Source: Alphaproteobacteria bacterium (lineage in GTDB: Bacteria > Pseudomonadota > Alphaproteobacteria > CALKHQ01). Taken from it: a DNA stretch of 64,000 bases. The position numbers were made by a program, and so were the translations under genes. Every line of letters begins with the position of its first letter. Position 1 is the first letter of the stretch. Below are positions 9,269 to 18,969 of the stretch, piece after piece. The stretch spans positions 1,673,600 through 1,737,599 of the forward strand of contig CBDDFZ010000001.1 of NCBI GenBank assembly GCA_965227515.1, written 5' to 3'. The notes below the pieces were generated by a model. It was not told the DNA's origin, did no database searches, and saw only the letters and a list, made by a program, of their open reading frames with translations.

Positions 9269-10375
9269 ATGAATGGACCATTTCGAGCCGACCACGTTGG
9301 CAGCTTCCTGCGGCCGCCCCGCCTGATCGAGGCGCGCAAGCGGTTTGCCGACGGCGAGTGCACGGCTGAAGACTTGCGCGAGGTGGAGGACGACTGCATC
9401 CGCGAGGTCGTGGGCAAGCAGCAGGATGTGGGCCTGCGCGGCATCACCGACGGCGAGTTCCGCCGCACCTTCTTCCACGTCGATTTCCTGGAGCACCTGG
9501 ACGGCGTGACCGTGACCGAGGGCAAGTTCGTGGCCAGGTTCCGCAAGTCCGACGGCACCGACCTCGGCTTCAACCCGCCGACCATGAAGGTGACCGGCAA
9601 GCTCGGCCACACCCATTCCATCCAGGGCGCCGACTTCGACTATCTGAAGTCGGTCGTGTCGGCGACGCCGAAAGTCACCATTCCGGCACCGTCCATGCTG
9701 CACTTCCGCGGCGGCCGCGAGGGCATCTCCAGCGAGGCCTACCCGGACCTGGACCAGTTCTATGACGACCTGACCGCGGCGTACCGCGACGAGCTTGCTG
9801 ACCTGGCCGACCGCGGCTGCCGCTATTTGCAGATGGACGACACCAACCTGGCCTATCTGTGCGACCCGGCGATCCGCGCCAAGACCAAGGAGCGCGGCGA
9901 CGACCCGGATGCACTGACCCGGCTCTATTGCCGGCTGGTCAATGATTCGATCCGGGACCGGCCCGACGACATGGTGATCGGCGTCCACCTGTGCCGCGGC
10001 AACTTCAAGAGCGCGTGGGTGGCGGAAGGCGGTTACGAGCCGGTGGCGGAGACGCTGTTCAACGAGATGGACATCGACGCCTTCTTCCTGGAGTACGACG
10101 ACGAGCGCTCGGGCGACTTCGCGCCGTTGCGCTTCATGCCCAAGGGCAAGACCGTCGTCCTCGGCCTGATGAGCTCCAAGCTGGCCGCGGTGGAAAGCGC
10201 CGACGACATCAAGAAGCGCATCGACGAGGCGGCGCAGTACGTGCCGCTGGACCAGTGCGCGCTGAGCCACCAGTGCGGCTTCTCATCCACCGCCCACGGC
10301 AACGAGCTGACCGACGAGGACCAGTGGCGCAAGCTGGAGCGGTGCGTGGAGGTGGCGCGCGACGTTTGGGGCTGA
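9269..10375 (+). CDS. Cobalamin-independent methionine synthase family protein (short MetE-like, UROD/MetE fold)
   Basis: 'FRADHVGSFLRPP...' N-terminus and overall ~368 aa, typical of the single-domain MetE C-terminal-like family; start refined to ATG 9269. Confidence 0.7.
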   Translation: MNGPFRADHVGSFLRPPRLIEARKRFADGECTAEDLREVEDDCIREVVGKQQDVGLRGITDGEFRRTFFHVDFLEHLDGVTVTEGKFVARFRKSDGTDLGFNPPTMKVTGKLGHTHSIQGADFDYLKSVVSATPKVTIPAPSMLHFRGGREGISSEAYPDLDQFYDDLTAAYRDELADLADRGCRYLQMDDTNLAYLCDPAIRAKTKERGDDPDALTRLYCRLVNDSIRDRPDDMVIGVHLCRGNFKSAWVAEGGYEPVAETLFNEMDIDAFFLEYDDERSGDFAPLRFMPKGKTVVLGLMSSKLAAVESADDIKKRIDEAAQYVPLDQCALSHQCGFSSTAHGNELTDEDQWRKLERCVEVARDVWG

Positions 10376-10515
10376 TGCCGGCGCCACCGAGCGACGGCGC
10401 CGGTTGCCGCTCAGGGGAACGTGCGTTGACGCTCGGGTCCTGAGACGCCACAGTAGATGCATTCTAAATAAGGTCCGGATCGCGAACCCGGTCCACGTTG
10501 GGGAGGATCAATCGC

Positions 10516-11559
10516 ATGTCACTGAACAAAGCCAAGCTGCTCGGCATTCTGGGGACGGCCACGGCCCTGGCCGCGCTGTCCAATGCCGCCAGCGCGCAGG
10601 AGTACACGCTGACCCTGCATCACCTGTTGGGGCCGCAATCGCCGGCGCACACCAACATGCTGCAGCCGTGGGCGGACCGGGTGAACGAGGCGACCGACGG
10701 CCGGGTGCTGATCGAAATCTACCCGGCCATGTCGCTCGGCGGGGCGCCGCCGGAGCTGATCAATCAGGTGCGCGACGGCGTCGTCGACCTGATCTGGACG
10801 GTCAACGGCTACACCGCCGGCCTGTTCCCGCGCTCAGAGGTGTTCGAACTGCCGTTCGTGCACACCAACGATACGGTCGCGACCAACCTGGCGATGGCCG
10901 AGTTGTTCGACGAGTTTCTGGCCGAGGAGTACCAGGGCACCAAGGTGATGTGGACCCACGTCCACGCCGGACAGGCGATCCACATGGTGGATCAGGAGGT
11001 CCGCTCGCCGGCCGACCTGGACGGCCTGGAAATGCGCATTCCGACCCGCACGGGCGCCTGGGTGCTGGAGGCGTTGGGCGCGATCCCGACCAGCATGCCG
11101 GTGCCCGACCTGCCGCAGGCGCTCTCGCAGAAGGTGGTGGACGGGGCGTTGATCCCGTTCGAGATCATCCCGCCGCTGGGCTTGCAGGACCTGACCCAGT
11201 ACCAGATCGAGGGCCACGACTCGATCCGCTTCGGGACCACGACGTTCCAGGTCTCCATGAACATCGACACCTGGGAGAGCCTGCCCGAGGACATTCAGCA
11301 GGCGATCGAGGAGGTCAACAGCGAGGCGTGGCTGCGCGAGGTTGGCGAGATGTGGACGGCGGCGGAGACCGGTGGCCTGAACATGGCGATCGAGGCCGGC
11401 AACACGCACATCCAGCTCAGCGAGGAAGAGATTCAGGCTTTCCGCGACGCGTTGGAGCCTGTGGTCGAGCGCTGGATCGAGGATGTCGAGTCGCAGGGCA
11501 TCGACGGCCGCGCGCTGGTGGAAGCGGCCCGCGAGGCGATTGCGCGCCACGCGCAATAG
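10516..11559 (+). CDS. dctP: TRAP transporter substrate-binding protein (DctP family)
   Basis: Signal peptide plus DctP-family periplasmic binding protein; GGGAGGA RBS 8 nt upstream of ATG 10516. Confidence 0.85.
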   Translation: MSLNKAKLLGILGTATALAALSNAASAQEYTLTLHHLLGPQSPAHTNMLQPWADRVNEATDGRVLIEIYPAMSLGGAPPELINQVRDGVVDLIWTVNGYTAGLFPRSEVFELPFVHTNDTVATNLAMAELFDEFLAEEYQGTKVMWTHVHAGQAIHMVDQEVRSPADLDGLEMRIPTRTGAWVLEALGAIPTSMPVPDLPQALSQKVVDGALIPFEIIPPLGLQDLTQYQIEGHDSIRFGTTTFQVSMNIDTWESLPEDIQQAIEEVNSEAWLREVGEMWTAAETGGLNMAIEAGNTHIQLSEEEIQAFRDALEPVVERWIEDVESQGIDGRALVEAAREAIARHAQ

Positions 11560-11568
11560 CGCCGTCTC

Positions 11569-12087
11569 GTGACAGATCAGACGTTGACGCGGGCGGGGCC
11601 TCTGGGTCTCGCCCGCTGGGTCATTATGGCCTGGGCGGTGGCCGGCGGGGTGGTGCTGCTCGCCCTGGTGCTGTTCACCGCCATCAGTCTGGTCTCCAAC
11701 AAGTTCCTCGGTGAGTCGCTGCCCGGCGAGTACGAGATGGCCGAAGTCGGCGTGGCCATCGCCGCGTTCGCGTTCCTGCCCTACTGCCAGCTTATCGGCG
11801 GCAATGTCAGCGCCGATATCTTCACCCAGCGGGCAGGCCGGCGGACGGTCGCCATCCTGACCATGATCGGTGCCGTGGTGGCGTTCCTGTTTGCAGCACT
11901 GCTGCTGTGGCGGATGAGCCTGGGCATGATCGACACCAAGGGCTATGGCCTGAAGACGGCGATCCTGGGCTTCCCGATCTGGATCGCCTTCATCCCCATA
12001 CTGGTGTCGCTGTTCCTGCTGGTCGTCGCGTCCTTCATTTCGATCCTGGAAGCCGGGCGCGACACCAAGCGTTCCGCGCAGACCTGA
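11569..12087 (+). CDS. dctQ: TRAP transporter small permease (DctQ family)
   Basis: Four-TM small protein immediately between dctP and dctM; GTG start per ORF track. Confidence 0.8.
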   Translation: MTDQTLTRAGPLGLARWVIMAWAVAGGVVLLALVLFTAISLVSNKFLGESLPGEYEMAEVGVAIAAFAFLPYCQLIGGNVSADIFTQRAGRRTVAILTMIGAVVAFLFAALLLWRMSLGMIDTKGYGLKTAILGFPIWIAFIPILVSLFLLVVASFISILEAGRDTKRSAQT

Positions 12088-12112
12088 GCGCATATCGGGG
12101 CGGACGCGGCGG

Positions 12113-13435
12113 GTGGAATACAACCTTCTCATAGGCCTTGCCGGCCTCGTCTGCCTGATCGGGCTGATCGCCCTGCGCATGCCGATCGCCTACAGCATGA
12201 TCCTGATCGGCGCGGTGGGGACGGTCATTCTCAGCGGGCCCAACGCACTGTTGGGCCAGCTCAAGAGCCTGGGCTACAGCGTCTTCTCCAACTACGGGCT
12301 GTCGGTGGTGCCGATGTTCGTGCTGATGGGCGCGATCGCCACCAAGTCCGGGCTGAGCCGCGACCTGTTTCGTGCCGCCAACGCCTGGCTGGGCTGGATG
12401 CGCGGCGGCGTGGCGATCTCCGCCATTGCCGCCTGCGCCGGCTTCGGCTCGGTCTGCGGCTCGTCGCTGGCCACCGCATCGACCATGGGCAAGGTCGCCC
12501 TGCCGGAGCTCAGGCGCTACAACTACGCGCCGTCACTGGCCACCGGCACGCTCGCTGCCGGCGGTGTGCTCGGCATCCTGATCCCGCCATCTGTGGTGCT
12601 GGTGGTCTACGCCATCATTGTCGAGGCCAACATCGTGGCCATGTTCATGGCCGCGTTCCTGCCCGGCCTGATCGCGGTCATCCTGTTCTGCATCACCATC
12701 GGCATCTATGTGCGCTTGCGGCCCAATGCCGGCCCGCCGGGCGAGCGGGTGTCGCGCGCCGAACTGGGGGCGGCGACCGTGCGCGTGTTGCCGGTGCTGG
12801 TGATCTTCGGCCTGGTCATCGGCGGCATCTATTTCGGGTTCTTCAACCCGACGCCGGCCGCCGCGATTGGCGTGTTCCTGGTCGCGGTCTACGGCATCGG
12901 CCGCGGCTTGGTGCGGCTGCCGGAAATGCGCGACGCGCTGCTGGAGACCGCCAAGACCACGGGCATGATCTATCTGATCCTGCTGGGGGCGGAACTGCTG
13001 AAGATCTTCATGGCGCGCGGGCGCGTGCCGCAGGCCGCCGCCGACATGATCGTCAATTCCGGCCTGTCGCCCTACATGGTGCTGGTTCTGATCCTGCTGG
13101 CGCTGATCCTGCTTGGCTGCCTGATGGACAGCCTGTCGATGATCCTGCTGGTGATCCCGTTCTTCTGGCCGGCGATCTCGGCGCTCGACTTCGGCATGCA
13201 TCCGGACGAGTTGAAGATCTGGTTCGGCATCCTGGCCCTGATCGTGGTCGAGCTGGGCCTGATCACACCACCGGTGGGCCTGAACGTGTTCGTCATATCG
13301 GAAATGGCCAAGGACGTGCCGATGCGCGACACATTCCTTGGCGTGATGCCGTTCTTTGCGGCGGAGATCGTGCGGGTCTCGATCATTATCGCATTCCCGA
13401 CGCTGGCGCTGATCGGACCGCAGCTCCTGCTTTGA
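12113..13435 (+). CDS. dctM: TRAP transporter large permease (DctM family)
   Basis: 440-aa polytopic membrane protein with DctM-family organisation; GTG start. Confidence 0.85.
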   Translation: MEYNLLIGLAGLVCLIGLIALRMPIAYSMILIGAVGTVILSGPNALLGQLKSLGYSVFSNYGLSVVPMFVLMGAIATKSGLSRDLFRAANAWLGWMRGGVAISAIAACAGFGSVCGSSLATASTMGKVALPELRRYNYAPSLATGTLAAGGVLGILIPPSVVLVVYAIIVEANIVAMFMAAFLPGLIAVILFCITIGIYVRLRPNAGPPGERVSRAELGAATVRVLPVLVIFGLVIGGIYFGFFNPTPAAAIGVFLVAVYGIGRGLVRLPEMRDALLETAKTTGMIYLILLGAELLKIFMARGRVPQAAADMIVNSGLSPYMVLVLILLALILLGCLMDSLSMILLVIPFFWPAISALDFGMHPDELKIWFGILALIVVELGLITPPVGLNVFVISEMAKDVPMRDTFLGVMPFFAAEIVRVSIIIAFPTLALIGPQLLL

Positions 13436-13496
13436 GCGGACTTTGATGCGAATGCGCTGAAGCGCAGATACTGCGTGAGCGACAAACACCTGGCAT

Positions 13497-13675
13497 CGTC
13501 GCCCTCGCCCTTGTGGCGAGGGCCCATGCAAGTGCGGGACTCCTACTGTCCGGGGTTTGTTCGAAGTCGATGCAGCAATGCCCGCGGGGCAATTGCCACG
13601 CCGTTCGGCGTCAGCCACCTAATACGTTGGCGTATTGGACGAGAATGGGTCCTCGCCACAAGGGCGAGGACGACG
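13497..13675. mobile_element. MITE-like element, family B copy 1 (179 bp, 31-bp terminal inverted repeats, each arm itself a hairpin CGCCCTCGCCCTTGTGGCGAGGGC)
   Basis: Left end CGTCGCCCTCGCCCTTGTGGCGAGGGCCCAT; right end is its reverse complement with two substitutions. No coding capacity. Related copies at 20159..20338 and 38958..39133. Confidence 0.7.
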
Positions 13676-13714
13676 AGAGGGAACGTCGGCGGCTCGGCCT
13701 ACGCGAAGAACGAG

Positions 13715-14440
13715 CTAATCGAACAACTGGTCGATGTCGTCCTGCGAGATGCCCTCGGCGCCGGTCGACGGGCCGCTGAGCGCGACATCGTCGTCCATCG
13801 AGCCGTCGTCCAGCGTCACCGGCATCGCCTCCAGCTCGCCGGTGCCCCAAACGTCGGCCATCCGGTTCAGCCGCTCTTCGATGTACTTGATGACCTCGAC
13901 GACCTTGCGGGTCCGCTGCCCGGTGATGTCCTGGAAGTTCGACGCTTCGTAGATCGAGGTGATCGCGTCGCTCATCTTGTCGGTGCAGTTCGCGATGAAC
14001 TGGTCGTCGGAGTTGGCGTCCCGCACCTGACCGATCAGGTCTTCCAGCGTCTCCGCCATCGCCAGGATGGAGGACGTCGCGTCCTCGGTCTGCTCGACGA
14101 TCAGGTCCATCTGCCGGCTGGCCCGCGCAAATTCGTCGTTGGGCGAGTTCGGGTGGCGCAGGGCGGCGATCTCTTCCTTCGTGGTCTTGATGCGATCCTG
14201 CATGTCGAAGACGTCGCGCACCAGCCGGTCTTCGATCTCTTCCAGCTTCGGCAGCGCATTGACCTTCACGTCCAGGGCCTTCAGCGACTCCTGGATTTCG
14301 GCGATCGCCTTCGCGGCGTCCTCGCTCAAGCCAGCGGGGCCATCCTGGTTGGCGGGCGGGCCCAATAGACCGCCCGGCCGCCCGTTCTGTGGCTTCCTGC
14401 GCTCGATGGTGAAAACCTTGCGGCCGGCGGCTGCGTTCAT
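13715..14440 (-). CDS. cheZ: Chemotaxis phosphatase CheZ
   Basis: Catalytic motif 'NFQDITGQ' (the CheZ FQDLTGQ active-site glutamine motif) and acidic C-terminal 'QDDIDQLFD' CheA-binding tail. Start refined to ATG 14440 with AAGGA RBS. Confidence 0.8.
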   Translation of the reverse strand: MNAAAGRKVFTIERRKPQNGRPGGLLGPPANQDGPAGLSEDAAKAIAEIQESLKALDVKVNALPKLEEIEDRLVRDVFDMQDRIKTTKEEIAALRHPNSPNDEFARASRQMDLIVEQTEDATSSILAMAETLEDLIGQVRDANSDDQFIANCTDKMSDAITSIYEASNFQDITGQRTRKVVEVIKYIEERLNRMADVWGTGELEAMPVTLDDGSMDDDVALSGPSTGAEGISQDDIDQLFD

Positions 14441-14564
14441 CGCGTATGTCCTTGCCAAATACGAACGTCGGTGCGCGCGCTACATGCGGGCGCACAAGTC
14501 AGCTCGTAGAATGCCAGAGCGCGGTGAAGCTTCCGTAAATTGAACGTTCCGGGCAGGACACAGC

Positions 14565-16382
14565 TTAACGCCCGGCGGCGTATCCCTGGGAAAACCTGGG
14601 GTTTGCGCCGGCGCGCAGCACGCCGTCGTCGCAGGCCACCGCGCTGATCCGGCCCAGCGACCAGTCCTCTTCCACGGTCACGCCGTGGCCGCGCCGTCTG
14701 AGATCGGCCACGGTCGCGGCATCGAACCGGCCCTCGACGGAGAGCTGATTGACCATCGGCTGGCGCGGATAGAACGACGACGAGAAGTGCTTCACGTCGA
14801 ACATCGGGGTGTCGATGGAGGCCTGGATGCCCATGCCATGGTGCAGCCAGCGCAGAAAGAAGGTCAGCGACCACTGGTCCTGCTGGTCGCCGCCGGGGGT
14901 GCCGAAGGCCAGGTGACCCTTGCCATCGCGCAGCGCCATGCTGGGCGTCAGCGTGGTGCGCGGGCGGCGGCCCGGCGCCAGCACGGTAGTGGCTCGCTCA
15001 TCGAGCCAGAACATCTGTGCGCGCGTGCCCAGGCAGAAGCCGAGCTCCGGAATGGTGGGCGAGCTTTGCAGCCAGCCGCCGCTGGGGGTGGCCGAGACCA
15101 TGTTGCCGTCGCGGTCGACGACATCCAGGTGGCAGGTGTCGCCCATCGCGCGGTCCCTGACCGCGTCGCGCGCCGCATCGTTGTTCGCGACGTTGGCGAA
15201 GGCGCGGGTCGGCTCGTTGGCGGCGGCCATCATGTCGCCGGTCAGCGCCGCCGGGTCCAGCATCGGCAGGTAGGGGGTCCGTCCGCCGGGCGCGCCGGGG
15301 CGATAGGCTTCCGACGCACTGTCCACCGCCACGTCGGCGCGCCGCGCCGCGGCGTAGCTGTCGCTCAACAGGTCATCCATGGGGACGTCGGCGAAATCCG
15401 GGTCGGCGTACCAGGCATCGCGGTCGGCGAAGGCGAGCTTGGCGCATTCCGCGACCGTGTGCACGAAGTCGGCGCCGACCGGGTCCATCGCCGCGAGGTC
15501 GTACTCCTTCAGCAGTGCCAGTTGCTGCAGGAACACCGGCCCCTGGCTCCAGGGACCGGGCTTGCAGATGGTGAGCCCGCCATAGTCGTAGGTCAGCGGC
15601 GCCTCGACAGGCGCCGACCATTTCGCCATGTCGTCGCCGGTCAGCACCCCGGCGTTGCGCTGGCCGGAACCGTCCATGTAGGCGTCGCGGCAGAAGCGGT
15701 CGATCGCATCGGCGACGAAGCCGCGATAGAACGCGTCGCGCGCGGCCGAAATATGCGCATGGCGGTCGCCGCCGGCCGCCTCGGCGGTCTCGACGATGCG
15801 GGTGTAGGTGGCCGCCAGCTGCGGATTGCGGAACAGCCGGACCAGCGAGGGCGGATTGCCGCCGGGCAGGTAGAGTTCCGCCGACCCCGGCCATTCGTCG
15901 CGGAACAGGTCGGCCACCGACGCGATGGCGCCCAGAATGCCCGGCACCAGCGGATAGCCGTCGGCGGCGTAACCGATGGCCGGCGCCATCACCTCGCGCG
16001 GCGTCATGGTGCCGTATTCGGCCAGCATGGTCATCCAGGCGTCGAACGCGCCCGGCACGCAGGCGGCCAGCAGGCCGTCGCCGGGGATGATGCCGATCCC
16101 CTGGGCGCGGTAGTGTTCCAGTGTGGCGCCGGCCGGGGTGACCCCCTGGCCGCAGATCACGTCGGTCTCGCCCGACACGGCGCGGTGCGCGATGATCGGC
16201 AGGTCGCCGCCGGGGCCGTTCAGGTGCGGCTCCACCACTTGCAGCACGAAGCCGGCTGCCACCGCCGCATCGAACGCGTTGCCGCCCTTCTCAAGCGTCG
16301 CCATGCCGACCGCGGTGGCGAGCCAGTGGGTGGACGCCACCATGCCGAAGGTGCCGGTCAGTTCCGGTCGAGTGGTGAACAT
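14565..16382 (-). CDS. ggt: Gamma-glutamyltransferase
   Basis: Ntn-hydrolase GGT family ('GMVASTHWLATAVGMATLEKGGNAFDAAVAAG'). Start refined to ATG 16382 (MFTTRPEL) with GGAGG RBS; 147 codons of upstream ORF-track extension are rejected. Confidence 0.85.
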   Translation of the reverse strand: MFTTRPELTGTFGMVASTHWLATAVGMATLEKGGNAFDAAVAAGFVLQVVEPHLNGPGGDLPIIAHRAVSGETDVICGQGVTPAGATLEHYRAQGIGIIPGDGLLAACVPGAFDAWMTMLAEYGTMTPREVMAPAIGYAADGYPLVPGILGAIASVADLFRDEWPGSAELYLPGGNPPSLVRLFRNPQLAATYTRIVETAEAAGGDRHAHISAARDAFYRGFVADAIDRFCRDAYMDGSGQRNAGVLTGDDMAKWSAPVEAPLTYDYGGLTICKPGPWSQGPVFLQQLALLKEYDLAAMDPVGADFVHTVAECAKLAFADRDAWYADPDFADVPMDDLLSDSYAAARRADVAVDSASEAYRPGAPGGRTPYLPMLDPAALTGDMMAAANEPTRAFANVANNDAARDAVRDRAMGDTCHLDVVDRDGNMVSATPSGGWLQSSPTIPELGFCLGTRAQMFWLDERATTVLAPGRRPRTTLTPSMALRDGKGHLAFGTPGGDQQDQWSLTFFLRWLHHGMGIQASIDTPMFDVKHFSSSFYPRQPMVNQLSVEGRFDAATVADLRRRGHGVTVEEDWSLGRISAVACDDGVLRAGANPRFSQGYAAGR

Positions 16383-16641
16383 GGGCGGGCCTCCGGTTGC
16401 GATGCCCCCATCGCGATATCGGTGGGAGGCGGGTTGGGGGTTGCAGCATACAGCAACCCGGGCCCCTTGCGGACCTTGCGGCAGGCAGATATCACAGGCG
16501 CCCGAAGGAACATATGCGTGAAGCACATGCGCACCGAAAAGCACGCCGACACCTGCCTGTGTTCCGCGCGATGACGCGGCTCCATTACGCGACAACGCGA
16601 CCAGCCACCCAGACAACGCCCACGCGACTGCGACGCTGACC

Positions 16642-17514
16642 ATGAAATCGTTCGACTTCGGCAAGGTCCTGACGGCCAGCCTGAAATTCACCTTCGTCGA
16701 GTGGCGCGCCCTGATCGCCTTTGCGCTGATCCCGTACATTCTGCAGATCGCGGCCCTGGTCGGCCTCAGCCTGGTCACCAGCAGCGCGACGCAGGAATTC
16801 ATGGTGCAGCCGGGCGCCACCTACGAGATGAGCGGCTTCGTCATCACCAACACCGATACCGGCGAGCAGTTCGACTTCGGGCCCCTGGTCACCGATATGC
16901 TGCTGTTCGGGCTGACCATGCTGCTGGTGCTGCCGGTGCTGGCGGTGCCGTTCAAGACCGCCTGGATACGTTATGTCGTGCTCGGCCCGACCGAACAGCC
17001 GGTGCGGCTGACGTTCCTGTTCGGCCCGCGCGAGTTCCGCATGCTCGGCTACACGATCCTGATGTGGCTGGCCACCATCGGCATCATGCTGGGCAGCAGC
17101 ATCGCCGGGGCCGTCGTCGGCATGGTGGCCGGGCCGTTCGGCGCCATGCTGGGCATGTTCGGCGTCGGCTTCCTGGGGATCTGGGTGCTGGCCAGGCTCT
17201 ATTTCGTGTTCCCCGCGATCGCGCTCGATCGACCGACCAACCTCAGCGTGGCCTGGGCGCAGTCGGCAAAACAGGGCATGAAGATCATCGGCATCACTGC
17301 GGTGGTCAGCCTGATCTTCATTCCGGTCGCCTTCCTGCTGGTCACCATTGTCCCGTCCGATTTCATCCTGGTGGGGCAAACGACACAGACGCTGGTGGTC
17401 ATGTTCATGGACGGCGCGCTGTGGGCCTGCCTGGGGCTCGCCTACCGCGACACCACGGCCGGCGGCCCGGCTATCGCTGCATCACCGCCGCCGACCGGCA
17501 ACCCGTTCCGCTAG
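16642..17514 (+). CDS. Polytopic membrane protein (GP-PDE-membrane-domain-like / DUF)
   Basis: Six or more predicted TM helices; stop overlaps the start of the downstream phosphotransferase gene. Confidence 0.6.
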   Translation: MKSFDFGKVLTASLKFTFVEWRALIAFALIPYILQIAALVGLSLVTSSATQEFMVQPGATYEMSGFVITNTDTGEQFDFGPLVTDMLLFGLTMLLVLPVLAVPFKTAWIRYVVLGPTEQPVRLTFLFGPREFRMLGYTILMWLATIGIMLGSSIAGAVVGMVAGPFGAMLGMFGVGFLGIWVLARLYFVFPAIALDRPTNLSVAWAQSAKQGMKIIGITAVVSLIFIPVAFLLVTIVPSDFILVGQTTQTLVVMFMDGALWACLGLAYRDTTAGGPAIAASPPPTGNPFR

Positions 17515-17520
17515 GCCGCC

Positions 17521-18591
17521 GTGACCGTTTTGCCGGCGGACGAGGCCGCGCGGCTGCTGGCGGCGATTGCGCCCCATCTGCCCGACACGGCATCCAGTTC
17601 CGGCGCGCTCGATGCCGAGGGATTGGTGGCGGTGCCGGACTACGGCGCCGGGCATCGCCATGTGGTGCTCGGCGAGACGGGGCTGCTGGCACGGATTCCG
17701 CGCCGGGTGCCGGAGGGGTCCGACCCGGCAGCACACCTGGCCTACGAGGCAGCTTGTTTCGCCCGCGCGCAGGCGAGCGGTGCGACCCCGCGCTGTCATG
17801 GCGTGGTGCCGCCGGGCCCGGACCTGCCCATGGGCGCGTTGCTGGTGCAGCGGATCGAGGGCGCGGTGCCGCGATTGCCGGGCGACCTGCCGGCGATTGC
17901 GCGCGCGCTGGCCGCGCTGCACGGGCTCGCCCTGCCGCGGCCGGACGACCGCCCGCCGCTGCCGGAGAAGACCGACCCGGTTGCCGGCACCGTCGCCCTG
18001 ATCGCCCGCCAGGCCGGTGCGCTGGAGGCGGCCGGCATCGACCCGGCGAGCGTGGCGCTGATCCGCGAGGAATGCGCCGCCGCCGCGCGGCTGCCGGAAG
18101 CCTTCGCGGGCCGGGCACCGCCCATCGTCCTCGCAGGGGTCGACACCCATCCGGGCAATTTCCTGATCGACGGTGCGGGCCATGCCTGGTTCGTCGACCT
18201 GGAGCGCGTCGCCTACGACGCCGGTGCCATAGACATCTGTCACGTGACCTTGCCGACCTCCACCGGCTGGGACATGCGGGTCGCCACCACGGTCGATGCC
18301 GACGCGGTCGGCGTGTTCGAGGCAGCGTACCTCGCGGCGCTGCCAGCCGACCTGGCGGCGGCGACCCGGCCGTGGCTGGGCCGGCTGCGCCGGCTGACCT
18401 GGCTGCGCTCGCTGACGTGGTTCGCCCAGTGGCGGTCACGATGGCGGTCACGCCAGCGTTCCAGCGGCAACGCAACGGCTGCCCAGGCTCCGGACGAAAA
18501 AATTGTTGCCCACATGGCTGCACACGTGGACGCGATGCTGAGCGCTTCCCATATAGAGCGCATGCGCGACGCCCTGCCGACGTTCGCTTGA
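17521..18591 (+). CDS. Phosphotransferase enzyme family protein (APH/choline-kinase-like)
   Basis: Brenner motif 'DTHPGNFLIDGAGHAWFVDLE' (catalytic HxDxxxxN and DLE); GTG start overlapping upstream stop. Confidence 0.75.
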   Translation: MTVLPADEAARLLAAIAPHLPDTASSSGALDAEGLVAVPDYGAGHRHVVLGETGLLARIPRRVPEGSDPAAHLAYEAACFARAQASGATPRCHGVVPPGPDLPMGALLVQRIEGAVPRLPGDLPAIARALAALHGLALPRPDDRPPLPEKTDPVAGTVALIARQAGALEAAGIDPASVALIREECAAAARLPEAFAGRAPPIVLAGVDTHPGNFLIDGAGHAWFVDLERVAYDAGAIDICHVTLPTSTGWDMRVATTVDADAVGVFEAAYLAALPADLAAATRPWLGRLRRLTWLRSLTWFAQWRSRWRSRQRSSGNATAAQAPDEKIVAHMAAHVDAMLSASHIERMRDALPTFA

Positions 18592-18607
18592 CGCTCAGGC
18601 TTTAATT

Positions 18608-18700
18608 CTGCGCCGGCCCTCTCCCCCACCCGGCCACCCGCTAAGCATACTGTCCCAGGGGACCATTGGGGGTGGCCGGGTGGGGGAGAGGGCTGGTGCC
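18608..18700. repeat. REP-like palindromic element, family A copy 2
   Basis: Arms identical to copy 1 (CTGCGCCGGCCCTCTCCCCCACCCGGCCACC ... GGTGGCCGGGTGGGGGAGAGGGCTGGTGCCGACTT); the loop shares 'ATACTGTC' with copy 1. Confidence 0.85.
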
Positions 18701-18969
18701 GACTTTGGCGACTGCGCCCAAAGATCAAGGGCGCAGTCTGCTCGATTGGGCCGCGAATCGGGGCGCACTTCTCCAACACAAACGAATCGGCCAATTCGCG
18801 GAACGTTCCGCGATTATGGCCAGATATTGTGAAATATGGCGCGATTTGGGCAGCGACTCGACACGCGAATCGGACACCCTCCGAGTCGCCTCGAGTCGCG
18901 AATCGGCGGCCGATACAACACTGTGTCTATATTCTTGAAACGTTCGCAGAACAAGGCTATATCTGGGCC

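Noticed and set aside
13475-14368. 297-aa plus-strand ORF
   Set aside because: Begins inside the MITE-like element and runs antisense to cheZ, which has a clear catalytic motif and RBS.
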